Source of the DNA: a virus
IMG/VR virus record: IMGVR_UViG_3300028578_000004
Coordinates: 1-56,531 of that record
DNA: 56,531 bases
Strand: one strand, 5' to 3'
This document shows positions 23,715-32,039 of the stretch, one piece after another. The notes under the pieces were generated by a model. It had not been told where the DNA came from and made no database searches. It was given only the letters and a program-made list of their open reading frames with translations. How positions within the stretch are numbered: the stretch's first letter is position 1; each line of letters starts with the position of its first letter. The position numbers were made by a program, and so were the translations under genes.

Positions 23715-25228
23715 GGTGGACGGTCCAGGACGCAGAGGGCGGCGGGTTCGTCGTCACCCGCGATGACGGATCAGAAGTCGCGCAAACCGGCACGTTTCAA
23801 GAAGCACGCACGGCGATCACGACGGATGCGCGCGGGCATCTCGCGGAGATCCCGGCAGACGCCCCGAGCTCGGGCCGGGTGCGGATGCTGGCCGTACCCG
23901 AGGGCACCGAGACGTCAGACGGGCGCCTGATCGACGAGGGCGCGCTCGAGCCGAGGCCGATGCCGTTGCCGCTCATGCTCCAGACCACCACGGATATGGG
24001 CCACTTCGGGGCCGAGCTGTCGGGGCGGATCGATGCGTTCTCGCGCGACGGCAACAACGTGATCCTGACGGGCGATCTCGACGACTCGGAGGCCGGAAGA
24101 CGGTTCCGCGAGATCCTGGACCAGCACGGACGCTACGGGCTGTCGGTCGACCTCGGCCGCATGGAGGTCGACTACGAGTGCCGGGAGAAGGACGAAGACG
24201 GCTACTGCACGGATGAGCTGATGACCGTCACGTCCGGGGAACTTCTAGGGGCCACGGCCTGCCCGTTTCCTGCGTTCGCGGAGGCGTACGTGGAGCTCGA
24301 AGGCTCCGGGGGCCAGCCCGCCGAGGGCGCGCCAGACCCCGAGGAGGGTGCCGACCAAGCCGCGAACCGTCCGGCCCCCGGCCGCTGGTCTCAGGGCGAC
24401 AACCGCGCAGCCGCATCGTTCATCATGCAGACCGTCCCGTCAGAGCGCGTGGAGGTCCGTCGCGAACCGCCCCGGCCCGTCACGGCCGCGGTGGAGATCC
24501 CGGTCGACCCGCCTGCGGAGTTCTTCCTGCACCACGGGATGACGCCCGACGAGACCGGCAGCATCTCGATCGATGACGACGGCAGGGTCTACGGTTACGT
24601 TGCGGAGTGGGATCGGTGTCACGTCGGGTTCGAGGGATCGTGCGTCCCGCCGCCGAGGTCGGTGAGCGATTACGCGTACTTCCGCCACGGGTCGGTCAGG
24701 CCGTGTGGACCCGACTGCGACCCCGTACCCACCGGCACGATCATCATGGGGACCGACCATCCCTCCACGGATGCGTCGGTGTCCATGCAGGCCGCGTACT
24801 CGCACTACGCGAACACGGGCTCAGCCGCGGCGGACATCGCGTGCGGCGAGGACGACTACGGCATTTGGTTCTCTGGAGCTTTGCGTCCGGGGGTCACACC
24901 TGAGCAGATCCGGGAGCTTCGCGGGTCGTCTATCTCCGGTGACTGGCGGCCTGCGGGAGGGGCGCTGGAGCTGATTGCCGCGCTCGCGGTGAACGCGCCG
25001 GGCTTCCCGATCCCTCGAGCGCGTATGTCGCTCGCGGCGTCGGGGGCGGTCGAAGTCCAGGCGATGGTCGCGGTCGGGGCGCTCCCGGCAGACGAGACGG
25101 GCGAGAGGCGTCGGCTCAACGACCTCGAAAAGCGCATGAAGGCCGTGGAGAACATCGCGTTTGCCCCCAAGCTGAGGGCTATGGCGGCATCCGCGTATCG
25201 CGAGCAGATAGCGGGGCCAACGGGCTAG
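23711..25228 (+). CDS. Capsid maturation (prohead) protease
   Basis: ATGA overlap start. The N-terminal part looks HK97-protease-like (LPLMLQTTTDMGHFG..YGLSVDL). The C-terminal part has WDRCHVGF..CVPPPRS..GEDDYGIWFSG..ISGDWR..VNAPGFP, as in actinophage maturation proteases. Confidence 0.75.
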   Translation: MRWTVQDAEGGGFVVTRDDGSEVAQTGTFQEARTAITTDARGHLAEIPADAPSSGRVRMLAVPEGTETSDGRLIDEGALEPRPMPLPLMLQTTTDMGHFGAELSGRIDAFSRDGNNVILTGDLDDSEAGRRFREILDQHGRYGLSVDLGRMEVDYECREKDEDGYCTDELMTVTSGELLGATACPFPAFAEAYVELEGSGGQPAEGAPDPEEGADQAANRPAPGRWSQGDNRAAASFIMQTVPSERVEVRREPPRPVTAAVEIPVDPPAEFFLHHGMTPDETGSISIDDDGRVYGYVAEWDRCHVGFEGSCVPPPRSVSDYAYFRHGSVRPCGPDCDPVPTGTIIMGTDHPSTDASVSMQAAYSHYANTGSAAADIACGEDDYGIWFSGALRPGVTPEQIRELRGSSISGDWRPAGGALELIAALAVNAPGFPIPRARMSLAASGAVEVQAMVAVGALPADETGERRRLNDLEKRMKAVENIAFAPKLRAMAASAYREQIAGPTG

Positions 25229-25900
25229 ACGGGCCGGTCGCGCGCGGGCTAGGCTTCATCCCGTCACCGTTCTGAGAGCCGGTGACACCCGTCTGGGAGG
25301 GACGGGGGCGTGTGGGCCTTTCACACTGTCGGCCCTAACGGGGTCGCTCCGGGCTGTTTCGAGCGATACCCGTGCGCCCCCTCCCGTGGGCCTGTAGAGT
25401 GAGCGGACATTCCACGGCAGGCAAAGAGGTGTCCCCGAGCCGCCTTCCTAGGGCGTGGCGGTAGGGCGAGTTCCGTTCAAGGCTCGGTGCAGGACGGGAC
25501 GATGGCGAGAGGCGTCTCCAAGGATCTTCGGATCGGAGGGGGCGCCTTCGCCGCGTCTGGGCTACGATGGCAACCACGCCCATCCCCGGGCCGAGCCACC
25601 CGGAAGCCCCGTCTTCGAGTCTCTCCCAATGCTCAACGGACGGGGCTTCCCCGCGTAGAATCTCCAGCGGGGGCTACCGCCTCGGACCCGCTGGAACGGA
25701 TTCGAGAACCCCATCTCAGAGGGACCCGTTTGCACGCGGTCCCTCTTTGCGTGCCGGGGTCCGCGAAATCCTTGACAAGCCGCGGTAACGTTGCCCTCAT
25801 TCGAGCACGCCCCGTCGAAGCCACGGGGCCGCAGTCGCAGGCGATAGGCCGTAGAGCCCGCCCGACCCGCTCCTCGCATTGCCGTATCCCGCGTTTTCGC
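25229..25900 (+). ncRNA. Candidate large structured RNA (class unknown)
   Basis: There is no credible ORF. At least nine perfect helices are present:
- 25263-69/25280-86
- 25288-93/25301-06
- 25384-89/25412-17
- 25435-41/25481-87
- GGCG-TCTCC..GGAGG..CGCC enclosing GATC-TTCG-GATC at 25523-34
- A 12-bp stem at 25602-13/25639-50
- 25664-71/25687-94
- 25719-26/25738-45
- 25810-15/25823-28
There are also four TTCGAG T-loop-like elements. The strand is assumed from the operon direction. Confidence 0.45.
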
Positions 25901-25920
25901 GTACGAGGAGGACAAACCCC

Positions 25921-27792
25921 GTGGACGAGCTCCAGGAGCTTTTGGCCCGACTGAACGAGCCCGGCGACAACCCGCTGAGCGACGATGAGCTCGCAGACCT
26001 CGATCAGCGACTGCGCGCACGCGCGGCCGAGCTCGCGGAGGACGACTCCGACGACGCGCTCGAGGAGCTGCGGGGGATCGCAGAGGCCCGCACGCAGATC
26101 GACACCGAGACGCAGACGCGCACGGAGGCCGCAGAGGCCCGCCAGCGCGAGCGCGACGAGCTCCTCGGCCGCATCAACGGCAACGGAGAGGGCGAAGGCG
26201 ACGAGGGGTCCGAGGGCGACGGGGACGGCGACGAGGGGTCCGGGGCCGAGGGGGACGAAGGTTCGGAAGGCTCCGAGGGCACTCCCGCAGGCGACACTGG
26301 GGACGGGTCCGGGACCGGTGAGGGCGAGCCGGGGACGGGAGCCGAGACGCCCGAGGCACAGGCGGCGTCCGCGAGCCGCAGACGAAACATTCGACCGCCG
26401 ATCAGTGAAGCGGCTCGACGTGGCAGCGCCCGCCACGCGCCCCGACCGGAGCCCGAGACGCGCCCGCAGGCAACCATCGTGGCCGCATCCGGGGCACCGC
26501 AGGCCCGCATGGGCGAGGAGCTGACGCTCGACGGTCTGCGCCAGCAGGTGGAACGCGCCTGGCAGCTCCAGGCCGGATCGCGCGCCCGAAAGGTGGACGG
26601 TCTCAAGACGGTGGTCGCGACCGTGCGGCAGCCGATCGAGGACAGCCAGCGTCTGACCGAGCAGGACGCGACCGGCAATTCCCAGCGCATCGAAGCCCTG
26701 GCAGCCGCGGCCCGCAACCTGTCGCAGTCGGCAATCACCGCGGCGGGCGGATCGGTCAACCGCGCAGCCGCGGAGGCAATCACCGCGGCCGGCGGAACGT
26801 GCGCGCCGATCCCGTCGACCTACGACCTCGGCGACAACATCTCGAGCGCGGAGCGCCCTTTGCGCGACGCGGACGTGACGCTCCCGGCACCCAGGGGTGG
26901 CGTCAGGCGCCTCCTCGCGCCCCAGCTCGCGGACGTCGACGGCATGGCCTACGTCTGGTCGTACGCGAACGACCTCAACCCGAACTTCGCTGACACGGAC
27001 GGGCCGGACGTGCCGGTGGACGAACGGCTCGCGACCAAGCCGTGCATCCGCATCGAGTGCCCGGACGAGGACACGATCATGGCGGACGCGATCCCGCTGT
27101 GCCTCAGGACCGGCAACTTCAACCGCATGACCTTCCCCGAGCTGTTCGCCAGGTGGTGGGAGCTCGGCCAGGCCGCGCACGCGCGCCTCGCGGAGAACAA
27201 GCACTTCGCGAAGCAGGTCGATGACGCCACGAGCACCTACTCGGCGACGCAGATGCTGGGAGCGTCGATCGACGTGCTGACGGCCATCGACCGCATCATC
27301 GCGGCGCGGCGCTACCAGTACCGCATGGGCGAGAACATGCCGATCCGCTTCAAGGCCCCGGCGTGGGTCAGGGACATGATCCGCACCGACCGCACCCGCA
27401 GAGGCCGCGACAACGACGACCTGACGCTGTCCAACGAGCAGATCAACGCGTGGTTCACGGCCCGCAACGTGAACCCCACGTGGCTGCCGGACGCGAACCA
27501 GCCGATCGGTCTCGAGGACTCCGACGACCCGCAGTTCTGGCCGGACGACTTCCAGGCAGTCATCCACCATGAGGGCGCATGGGCCCACATCGACGCCGGG
27601 GAGCTCGACTTCGGAACGGAGATCAGGGACTCGACGCTCATCGCCGTCAACGACGTTCAGGCCTTCATGGAGACGTTCGAGCAGACGTTCTTCATCGGCG
27701 TGTGGTCCGACGCCGTGACCTTCGATGTCTGCCCGGACGGCACGGCATCGGCTCCGGTCGAGCTGGTCGGCGCCTGCACGCCGGGCTCGTAA
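25921..27792 (+). CDS. Putative major capsid protein with an N-terminal scaffold-like coiled coil and an acidic Gly/Glu/Asp low-complexity linker
   Basis: GAGGAGGA RBS 8 nt upstream of GTG 25921. 623 aa, directly after the protease region. The N-terminal 200 aa are helical and acidic. The fold assignment is not verified. Confidence 0.55.
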   Translation: MDELQELLARLNEPGDNPLSDDELADLDQRLRARAAELAEDDSDDALEELRGIAEARTQIDTETQTRTEAAEARQRERDELLGRINGNGEGEGDEGSEGDGDGDEGSGAEGDEGSEGSEGTPAGDTGDGSGTGEGEPGTGAETPEAQAASASRRRNIRPPISEAARRGSARHAPRPEPETRPQATIVAASGAPQARMGEELTLDGLRQQVERAWQLQAGSRARKVDGLKTVVATVRQPIEDSQRLTEQDATGNSQRIEALAAAARNLSQSAITAAGGSVNRAAAEAITAAGGTCAPIPSTYDLGDNISSAERPLRDADVTLPAPRGGVRRLLAPQLADVDGMAYVWSYANDLNPNFADTDGPDVPVDERLATKPCIRIECPDEDTIMADAIPLCLRTGNFNRMTFPELFARWWELGQAAHARLAENKHFAKQVDDATSTYSATQMLGASIDVLTAIDRIIAARRYQYRMGENMPIRFKAPAWVRDMIRTDRTRRGRDNDDLTLSNEQINAWFTARNVNPTWLPDANQPIGLEDSDDPQFWPDDFQAVIHHEGAWAHIDAGELDFGTEIRDSTLIAVNDVQAFMETFEQTFFIGVWSDAVTFDVCPDGTASAPVELVGACTPGS

Positions 27793-27818
27793 GAGCCGAG
27801 CGGCAGGTAGGCAGGTAA

Positions 27819-28661
27819 GTGGAAGTCGTCAGGACACCGGTAGTCCGGCCCCCTCGGGTCGGGCTGCTGGTGTCTGCGAACCCCGTCAACGAAACGGGCA
27901 ACCGCTGGCAGGCGGGCCTGGAGTTCAGGCCGGGCATCTGCGGTCGCGGCGGGTCGTGGATTCCGTGCGAGACGGACCCAGAGGAGCGCACGGCCACGCG
28001 CGGAGGAGCACCCGTCACCTACCGGCCGGTCGGGCTCATGGCCGATGACGCGTGCTCGGCCGTGGCGATCGACTTCGCGGAGACCAGGCAACGGGCAGAA
28101 GACACGCTCACGGTCTGGACGTCCGCCCAGCTCGAGGCCGAGCTATGGACCGGAGCCATCGGAGACGCCGCAGGCTTCACCAACCAGCGCCTGGCAAGCG
28201 ATGACGCGGAGGAGGTCTCCACCGCCCCCATGGGCTACGTAGACGCCTTAGCGTGCCTGGAGGCCGCTCTGGCGGACTGCAACGGGGGCGGGGTCGGCAT
28301 GATCCACGCGCCGCGCTCCGTCACCACCCACTGGAAGGCCGAGGGACTGCTCGACGCCCAGGGGGACCTTCGGCTCACGACGCACGGAAACATCGTGGTG
28401 CCGGGGGCCGGGTACGACGGGTCCAGGGACGCGGAGACCCCCGCGACGGACGGATCGGTGTGGGCGTACGCGACGGGCTTGGTGGACGTGCGCCTCGGGG
28501 AGATCCAGGTGCTGCCCGAAACCCTCCAGCAGGCCGTCAGTGGCGTCACGCGCGACAACACCGTGGAGGTCTTCGCCCAGCGCGTGGCCGCCGCGGTGTT
28601 CGACCCCTGCTGCCTTTTGGCCGTGGAGGTCGATGGCGTGGTCTGCGGGGCGGGGTCGTGA
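27819..28661 (+). CDS. Head-module structural protein (capsid or decoration candidate)
   Basis: 280 aa, GTG start 26 nt after the previous stop, in the head-module position. No motif is assignable by eye. Confidence 0.6.
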   Translation: MEVVRTPVVRPPRVGLLVSANPVNETGNRWQAGLEFRPGICGRGGSWIPCETDPEERTATRGGAPVTYRPVGLMADDACSAVAIDFAETRQRAEDTLTVWTSAQLEAELWTGAIGDAAGFTNQRLASDDAEEVSTAPMGYVDALACLEAALADCNGGGVGMIHAPRSVTTHWKAEGLLDAQGDLRLTTHGNIVVPGAGYDGSRDAETPATDGSVWAYATGLVDVRLGEIQVLPETLQQAVSGVTRDNTVEVFAQRVAAAVFDPCCLLAVEVDGVVCGAGS

Positions 28662-28682
28662 ACATGATCGTGAACATGATCG
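28656..28682. repeat. Tandem 12-nt repeat TCGTGAACATGA x2 plus a partial third unit
   Basis: Read directly from the sequence. It overlaps the stop codon of the 27819 gene and lies in the 54-nt gap before the next gene. Confidence 0.9.
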
Positions 28683-28715
28683 GCAAAGCCTTGACATCTC
28701 GAAAGGAGCCTCGCC

Positions 28716-29369
28716 GTGGCTGAGGATTGCGCTGGTTCGCTACAGGTCTGTGCGGCGCGATTCGCGCGGCTGGACACGGACGGAACCCCGCTCATCGGGG
28801 CCGATAACATGCTCATCACCAAGGACCTGGCAACGGTGTCCTACTCGTTCGAGCTGACCGAGGGCGAGGACTTCGAGCAGAAGAACGCGTGCGGGGATAT
28901 CTCCGTCGCGTACAAGGAGCAGGACCGAATCAAGCGCGTCAACCTCGGCTACACGTCGACCAAGCCCGCGCCGGAGCTCCACTACTTCCTGTTCGGCGGC
29001 GAGCTGATCTACGACGCGCCGGGCGGCGATGTGATCGGCTACGTGCCGCCCGGCACGGGTGAGAACCCGAACCCGAACGGCGTCTCCGCGGAATTTTTCA
29101 CGAAGGCGATCGTGGACGGTGCTCAGGCCGCGGACCTGCCGTGGTGGTGGTGGCCGTTCGTGCGCACGCGCTGGGTTCCGTCAGATCGGTCCATGGGCAA
29201 CGAGGTCCACACGGCGCCGTTCACGGGCTACACGGAGATGAACGAGAACTGGGCGCCCGGCCCCGCCGCGGACTGGGATTACGACGTGGACCCCACGCAC
29301 TTCGCGTTCGTGCGCACCGACGACATTCCGACCGCGGTGTGCGGACTGCTGCCGGTCACCGGTTCGTAG
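28716..29369 (+). CDS. Virion structural protein (possible major tail or tube protein)
   Basis: AAAGGAG RBS, then GTG 28716. 217 aa, followed by a hairpin. No other tube-sized gene sits next to the tail chaperones, hence the tentative call. Confidence 0.55.
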   Translation: MAEDCAGSLQVCAARFARLDTDGTPLIGADNMLITKDLATVSYSFELTEGEDFEQKNACGDISVAYKEQDRIKRVNLGYTSTKPAPELHYFLFGGELIYDAPGGDVIGYVPPGTGENPNPNGVSAEFFTKAIVDGAQAADLPWWWWPFVRTRWVPSDRSMGNEVHTAPFTGYTEMNENWAPGPAADWDYDVDPTHFAFVRTDDIPTAVCGLLPVTGS

Positions 29370-29373
29370 ACCT

Positions 29374-29389
29374 TCACCCGAACGGGTGA
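29374..29389 (+). terminator. Hairpin directly after the structural gene (possible I-shaped terminator)
   Basis: TCACCCG-aa-CGGGTGA, 5 nt after stop 29369. There is no U-tract. Confidence 0.3.
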
Positions 29390-29465
29390 CAGAAGTGCAA
29401 TCGCGTTTGACGCGCGGTGACCTTGGGTGTAGCAAGGCCGGGCACTCGGCGGTGAGAGGACGTAC

Positions 29466-31292
29466 ATGAGGTCGTACCGGTACACCATCGTCAGCGACGC
29501 GGCGAACGGCAACCGCATCGTCGATGCCCAGGTCGAGATTCGCGAGCTCGGCACGACCACGCTCGCGACCGGCGTCTACATCGCTGAGACCGGAGGCGAC
29601 CCGCTCGATCCACCGCGACTGCTGTCCAAGGAGTCCGGAATTGTCGAGTACTGGCTGGACGATCCGCGCGACGTCACGCTGCACATCTCGAACACGGGGG
29701 CCGCGCACTACCACGGGTCCACCGGGATACTGCCGTCGTTTTCGTACCTGATTACCTCGCGATCCGACCGCGCGGCCGGGGCGATCTTCGTGCCGGTAGG
29801 GACGCTCAACGAGACGAACGTGCAGGACGCGCTCACGCAGGAGAACGCGCAGCGCACCGCGGCAGACGCGACCCTCACGTCCGATGTGGCCGCGAAGATC
29901 CCGCTCGCGCAGAAGGGCGCGGCGAACGGTGTAGCTCCACTCGGAGCTGACTCGAAGGTGCCAGCCGCGAACCTGCCGGATGCTCCTGCCGACGCGGTTA
30001 CGTCGGTCAACACTCAGACCGGCGCGGTGGTGCTGGACGCGGGAGACGTGGGGGCCGCGGACGCGGCCTCGACCGAAACCGGGATGGCGGAACTCCTCGG
30101 GCTTCACCATCAGGAGCGGCTTCAGCGTCGACGCCTCGGCCACATGAACATCGGCGTGGCGGGCATCACGTTGCGACACGATGATGGGGACGCTGCGGAC
30201 TACACGAAGACGTTTCCGATCGAGCGCGACAGGGGCATCATCGGAACATTCGCCCTCGTCGCGAGCTACCTGAACGACCCCGGCAAGCTGACGACCGCGC
30301 AGATTGTGGAAATGCTTCAGTACGGCAACGCGATGGCCACGCACTCCGACACACATGCTAACTACGCGGCGGGAGCGTGGACAGAGGCGGACCTGCAATC
30401 AGAGGTCGTGGCTCCGAGGGAAACGATCGAAGCCCTCCACGCGCTCATCCGGGCCGAGCTTTGGGTGACCCCCGGCACCTTCAATATGTTCCTCAATGAC
30501 TCCGAGTGGGCCGAACGCCACGGCACCCTCGTCCAGAGTAATTACGTCGCGGCGACGGGTTTCTCGTACGACACGTTCCATTGGCCAAATCAGGAGATAT
30601 ACGGATCGGCCCCGTACGCGATCGACGCGGAGACCGTGGCCGCGGTGAAGGCTCGCATTGACCAGGCTGTCGCAAACCGCGACGTGCTGCACCTGTCGCT
30701 TCACTCATGGCGACTGGACACGGCCGGCTACATGACGACAGCGCAGTACACGGAGGTCTGCGACTACATCAAGAGCTACATGGACGCGGGCATGCTCGAA
30801 AGCTTGACGGTGCCGGGTGGCCTGTTCGCTCAGCCTCACGGCGAATGGGAAGACCTCATCCGCGAGGGCGACTTCGAGAACCTTCCGTACGCAAACGCGA
30901 CGTGGGGCCCGTGGTCAGCGACCGCCGCCCCGGTGCTAAAGACCGATGGTGGCGCGGACGGGACCGACAACTACGTCCAGTGTTCGTCTACCAACCGAAT
31001 CTCCCAGAGCCGTTACAACGTTGCCGACTCAGACGTCGAGAAAGCGCACTACCGTTTCCGCTGCAAGGTCCGCAACTCCACGGGAACCGGCAGCGCCTAC
31101 TCCGTTCTGCTCCAGGACTCCACCGATCCGGGGCGCTGGCTGGTCTCGCTCTCGGGCGCGGCGGCGACTTCGTGGTCGACGCTCGAACGCTGCGTCACCG
31201 TCCCCGCGGGCCTGGATCGCGTCTCAGTCGTATTGCAGTCCTCCGGTGCTGGGTTCATCGACTACGACCAGGTCGAAATGAGGCGACTCTAA
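29466..31292 (+). CDS. Tail-fibre-like protein with a polysaccharide deacetylase (CE4/NodB) domain and a C-terminal carbohydrate-binding-like domain
   Basis: Fibre repeat VTSVNTQTGAVVLDAGDVGAAD. NodB motifs LRHDDGDAADY and MATHSDTHANY. The C-terminal beta-rich domain starts at GDFENLPY. Confidence 0.75.
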   Translation: MRSYRYTIVSDAANGNRIVDAQVEIRELGTTTLATGVYIAETGGDPLDPPRLLSKESGIVEYWLDDPRDVTLHISNTGAAHYHGSTGILPSFSYLITSRSDRAAGAIFVPVGTLNETNVQDALTQENAQRTAADATLTSDVAAKIPLAQKGAANGVAPLGADSKVPAANLPDAPADAVTSVNTQTGAVVLDAGDVGAADAASTETGMAELLGLHHQERLQRRRLGHMNIGVAGITLRHDDGDAADYTKTFPIERDRGIIGTFALVASYLNDPGKLTTAQIVEMLQYGNAMATHSDTHANYAAGAWTEADLQSEVVAPRETIEALHALIRAELWVTPGTFNMFLNDSEWAERHGTLVQSNYVAATGFSYDTFHWPNQEIYGSAPYAIDAETVAAVKARIDQAVANRDVLHLSLHSWRLDTAGYMTTAQYTEVCDYIKSYMDAGMLESLTVPGGLFAQPHGEWEDLIREGDFENLPYANATWGPWSATAAPVLKTDGGADGTDNYVQCSSTNRISQSRYNVADSDVEKAHYRFRCKVRNSTGTGSAYSVLLQDSTDPGRWLVSLSGAAATSWSTLERCVTVPAGLDRVSVVLQSSGAGFIDYDQVEMRRL

Positions 31293-31774
31293 TGGGCCGA
31301 GTAGCACCACGACCGGTCGGGCTCAAGCCCAAGAAACCGCTGTACTTCAACATCGACCCAACAGGCACGGGCGCGTTCGGCTCGGCCAACCAGTTCCGAG
31401 GGTCGTTCGTCACCATCGACCGCCCGGTCCTCGTCGACCGAGCGCGTATCCGTGTCAACGCAGGCGGCGGTGCTAACAACATCTCCGTCGCCATCTACAA
31501 CCGGCAGGGCACCACTCGCCTCACTGCCAGCGGGGCCATCGCTACGCCCGCCAACGGCAACGCCGACGTGGTGCTGCCGGAAGTCTTTCTAGCCCCCGGC
31601 GTGTACTTCGTCGGAATGTCGTGTGATTCGATCACGCCCACGTTCGTCACGAACGCGTCGGCTCACGTCAAGGGCGCCGCCCTGACAGCGGGGGCTCATC
31701 CGGCGCCAGCAACGGTGGTGGTAGATGACGGGTCAGTCGGGTCGCTCCCGGTGATCGGGCTGTTCCACTCCTAG
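31292..31774 (+). CDS. Hypothetical structural-module protein (160 aa)
   Basis: ATG overlaps the upstream TAA (TAATG). Only the 3-prime third of the long ORF 30707..31774 is used. Confidence 0.6.
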   Translation: MGRVAPRPVGLKPKKPLYFNIDPTGTGAFGSANQFRGSFVTIDRPVLVDRARIRVNAGGGANNISVAIYNRQGTTRLTASGAIATPANGNADVVLPEVFLAPGVYFVGMSCDSITPTFVTNASAHVKGAALTAGAHPAPATVVVDDGSVGSLPVIGLFHS

Positions 31775-31820
31775 CCGACCCCCTTGCGCCCGGATAACCC
31801 CAAGCGCATACTGCCCCTCC

Positions 31821-31997
31821 ATGAAACAGATACCCGGCGTCGTCATCATCGTCCTGGTCGTGGCCCTGGCCTTCGGGACACTCGCGTTCGTCCGCTACCG
31901 CGAGGGCGTCGAGGAGCAGGAGCGCCGCCGCGATACCTGCGAGGGCATGCGTGACCTCGAACAGGCGGTCGCGGGCTACTCGGACGACCGCTGCTGA
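31821..31997 (+). CDS. Small membrane protein (58 aa)
   Basis: Hand-translated. TM segment GVVIIVLVVALAFGTLAFV. Confidence 0.5.
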   Translation: MKQIPGVVIIVLVVALAFGTLAFVRYREGVEEQERRRDTCEGMRDLEQAVAGYSDDRC

Positions 31998-32039
31998 ACC
32001 TCCGTCTCCGAGGCGACTTAGCCCCGTAGACTTCCGGGC

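Noticed and set aside
25772-25777. Consensus -35 hexamer TTGACA as the capsid gene promoter
   Set aside because: No acceptable -10 (TANNNT) lies 16-19 nt downstream. The hexamers there are CCCTCA, CCTCAT and CTCATT. The same problem applies to TTGACA at 28691.
25229-25920. tmRNA, tRNA or RNase P RNA in the structured gap
   Set aside because: CTGGAACGGATTCGAG near 25690 and GGGCTGTTTCGAG near 25350 loosely resemble the tmRNA 5-prime region, and TTCGAG resembles a T-loop. However, I found no 7-bp acceptor stem, no proper T-arm with a 5-bp stem, no 3-prime CCA context and no tag-peptide reading frame. The RNase P signature GGAAAGTCCGGGC is absent.
25229-25920. Self-splicing intron interrupting a fused protease-capsid gene
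   Set aside because: The protease ORF ends with an ordinary stop. The capsid gene has its own strong RBS (GAGGAGGA) and a GTG start, and no homing endonuclease ORF lies in the gap. This cannot be excluded without a covariance-model search, so it remains listed as a check under the main finding.
25633-27588. 651-aa ORF on the minus strand. Similar long minus-strand ORFs occur at 44569..46335, 29181..30398, 36192..37115 and 22333..23286.
   Set aside because: These are Arg/Pro/Gly/Ala-rich shadow frames, typical of the antisense strand of high-GC coding DNA. Each lies fully inside a well-supported plus-strand gene. None has RBS context or recognisable motifs.
28656-28682. Possible CRISPR-like repeat
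   Set aside because: There are only two and a quarter directly adjacent 12-nt units with no spacers. This is a simple tandem repeat.
30707-31291. 5-prime two thirds of the 355-aa ORF 30707..31774
   Set aside because: This part overlaps the fibre gene in another frame and reads as Arg/Gly/Pro-rich shadow sequence. Only the part from ATG 31292, which overlaps the fibre stop, is taken as a gene.
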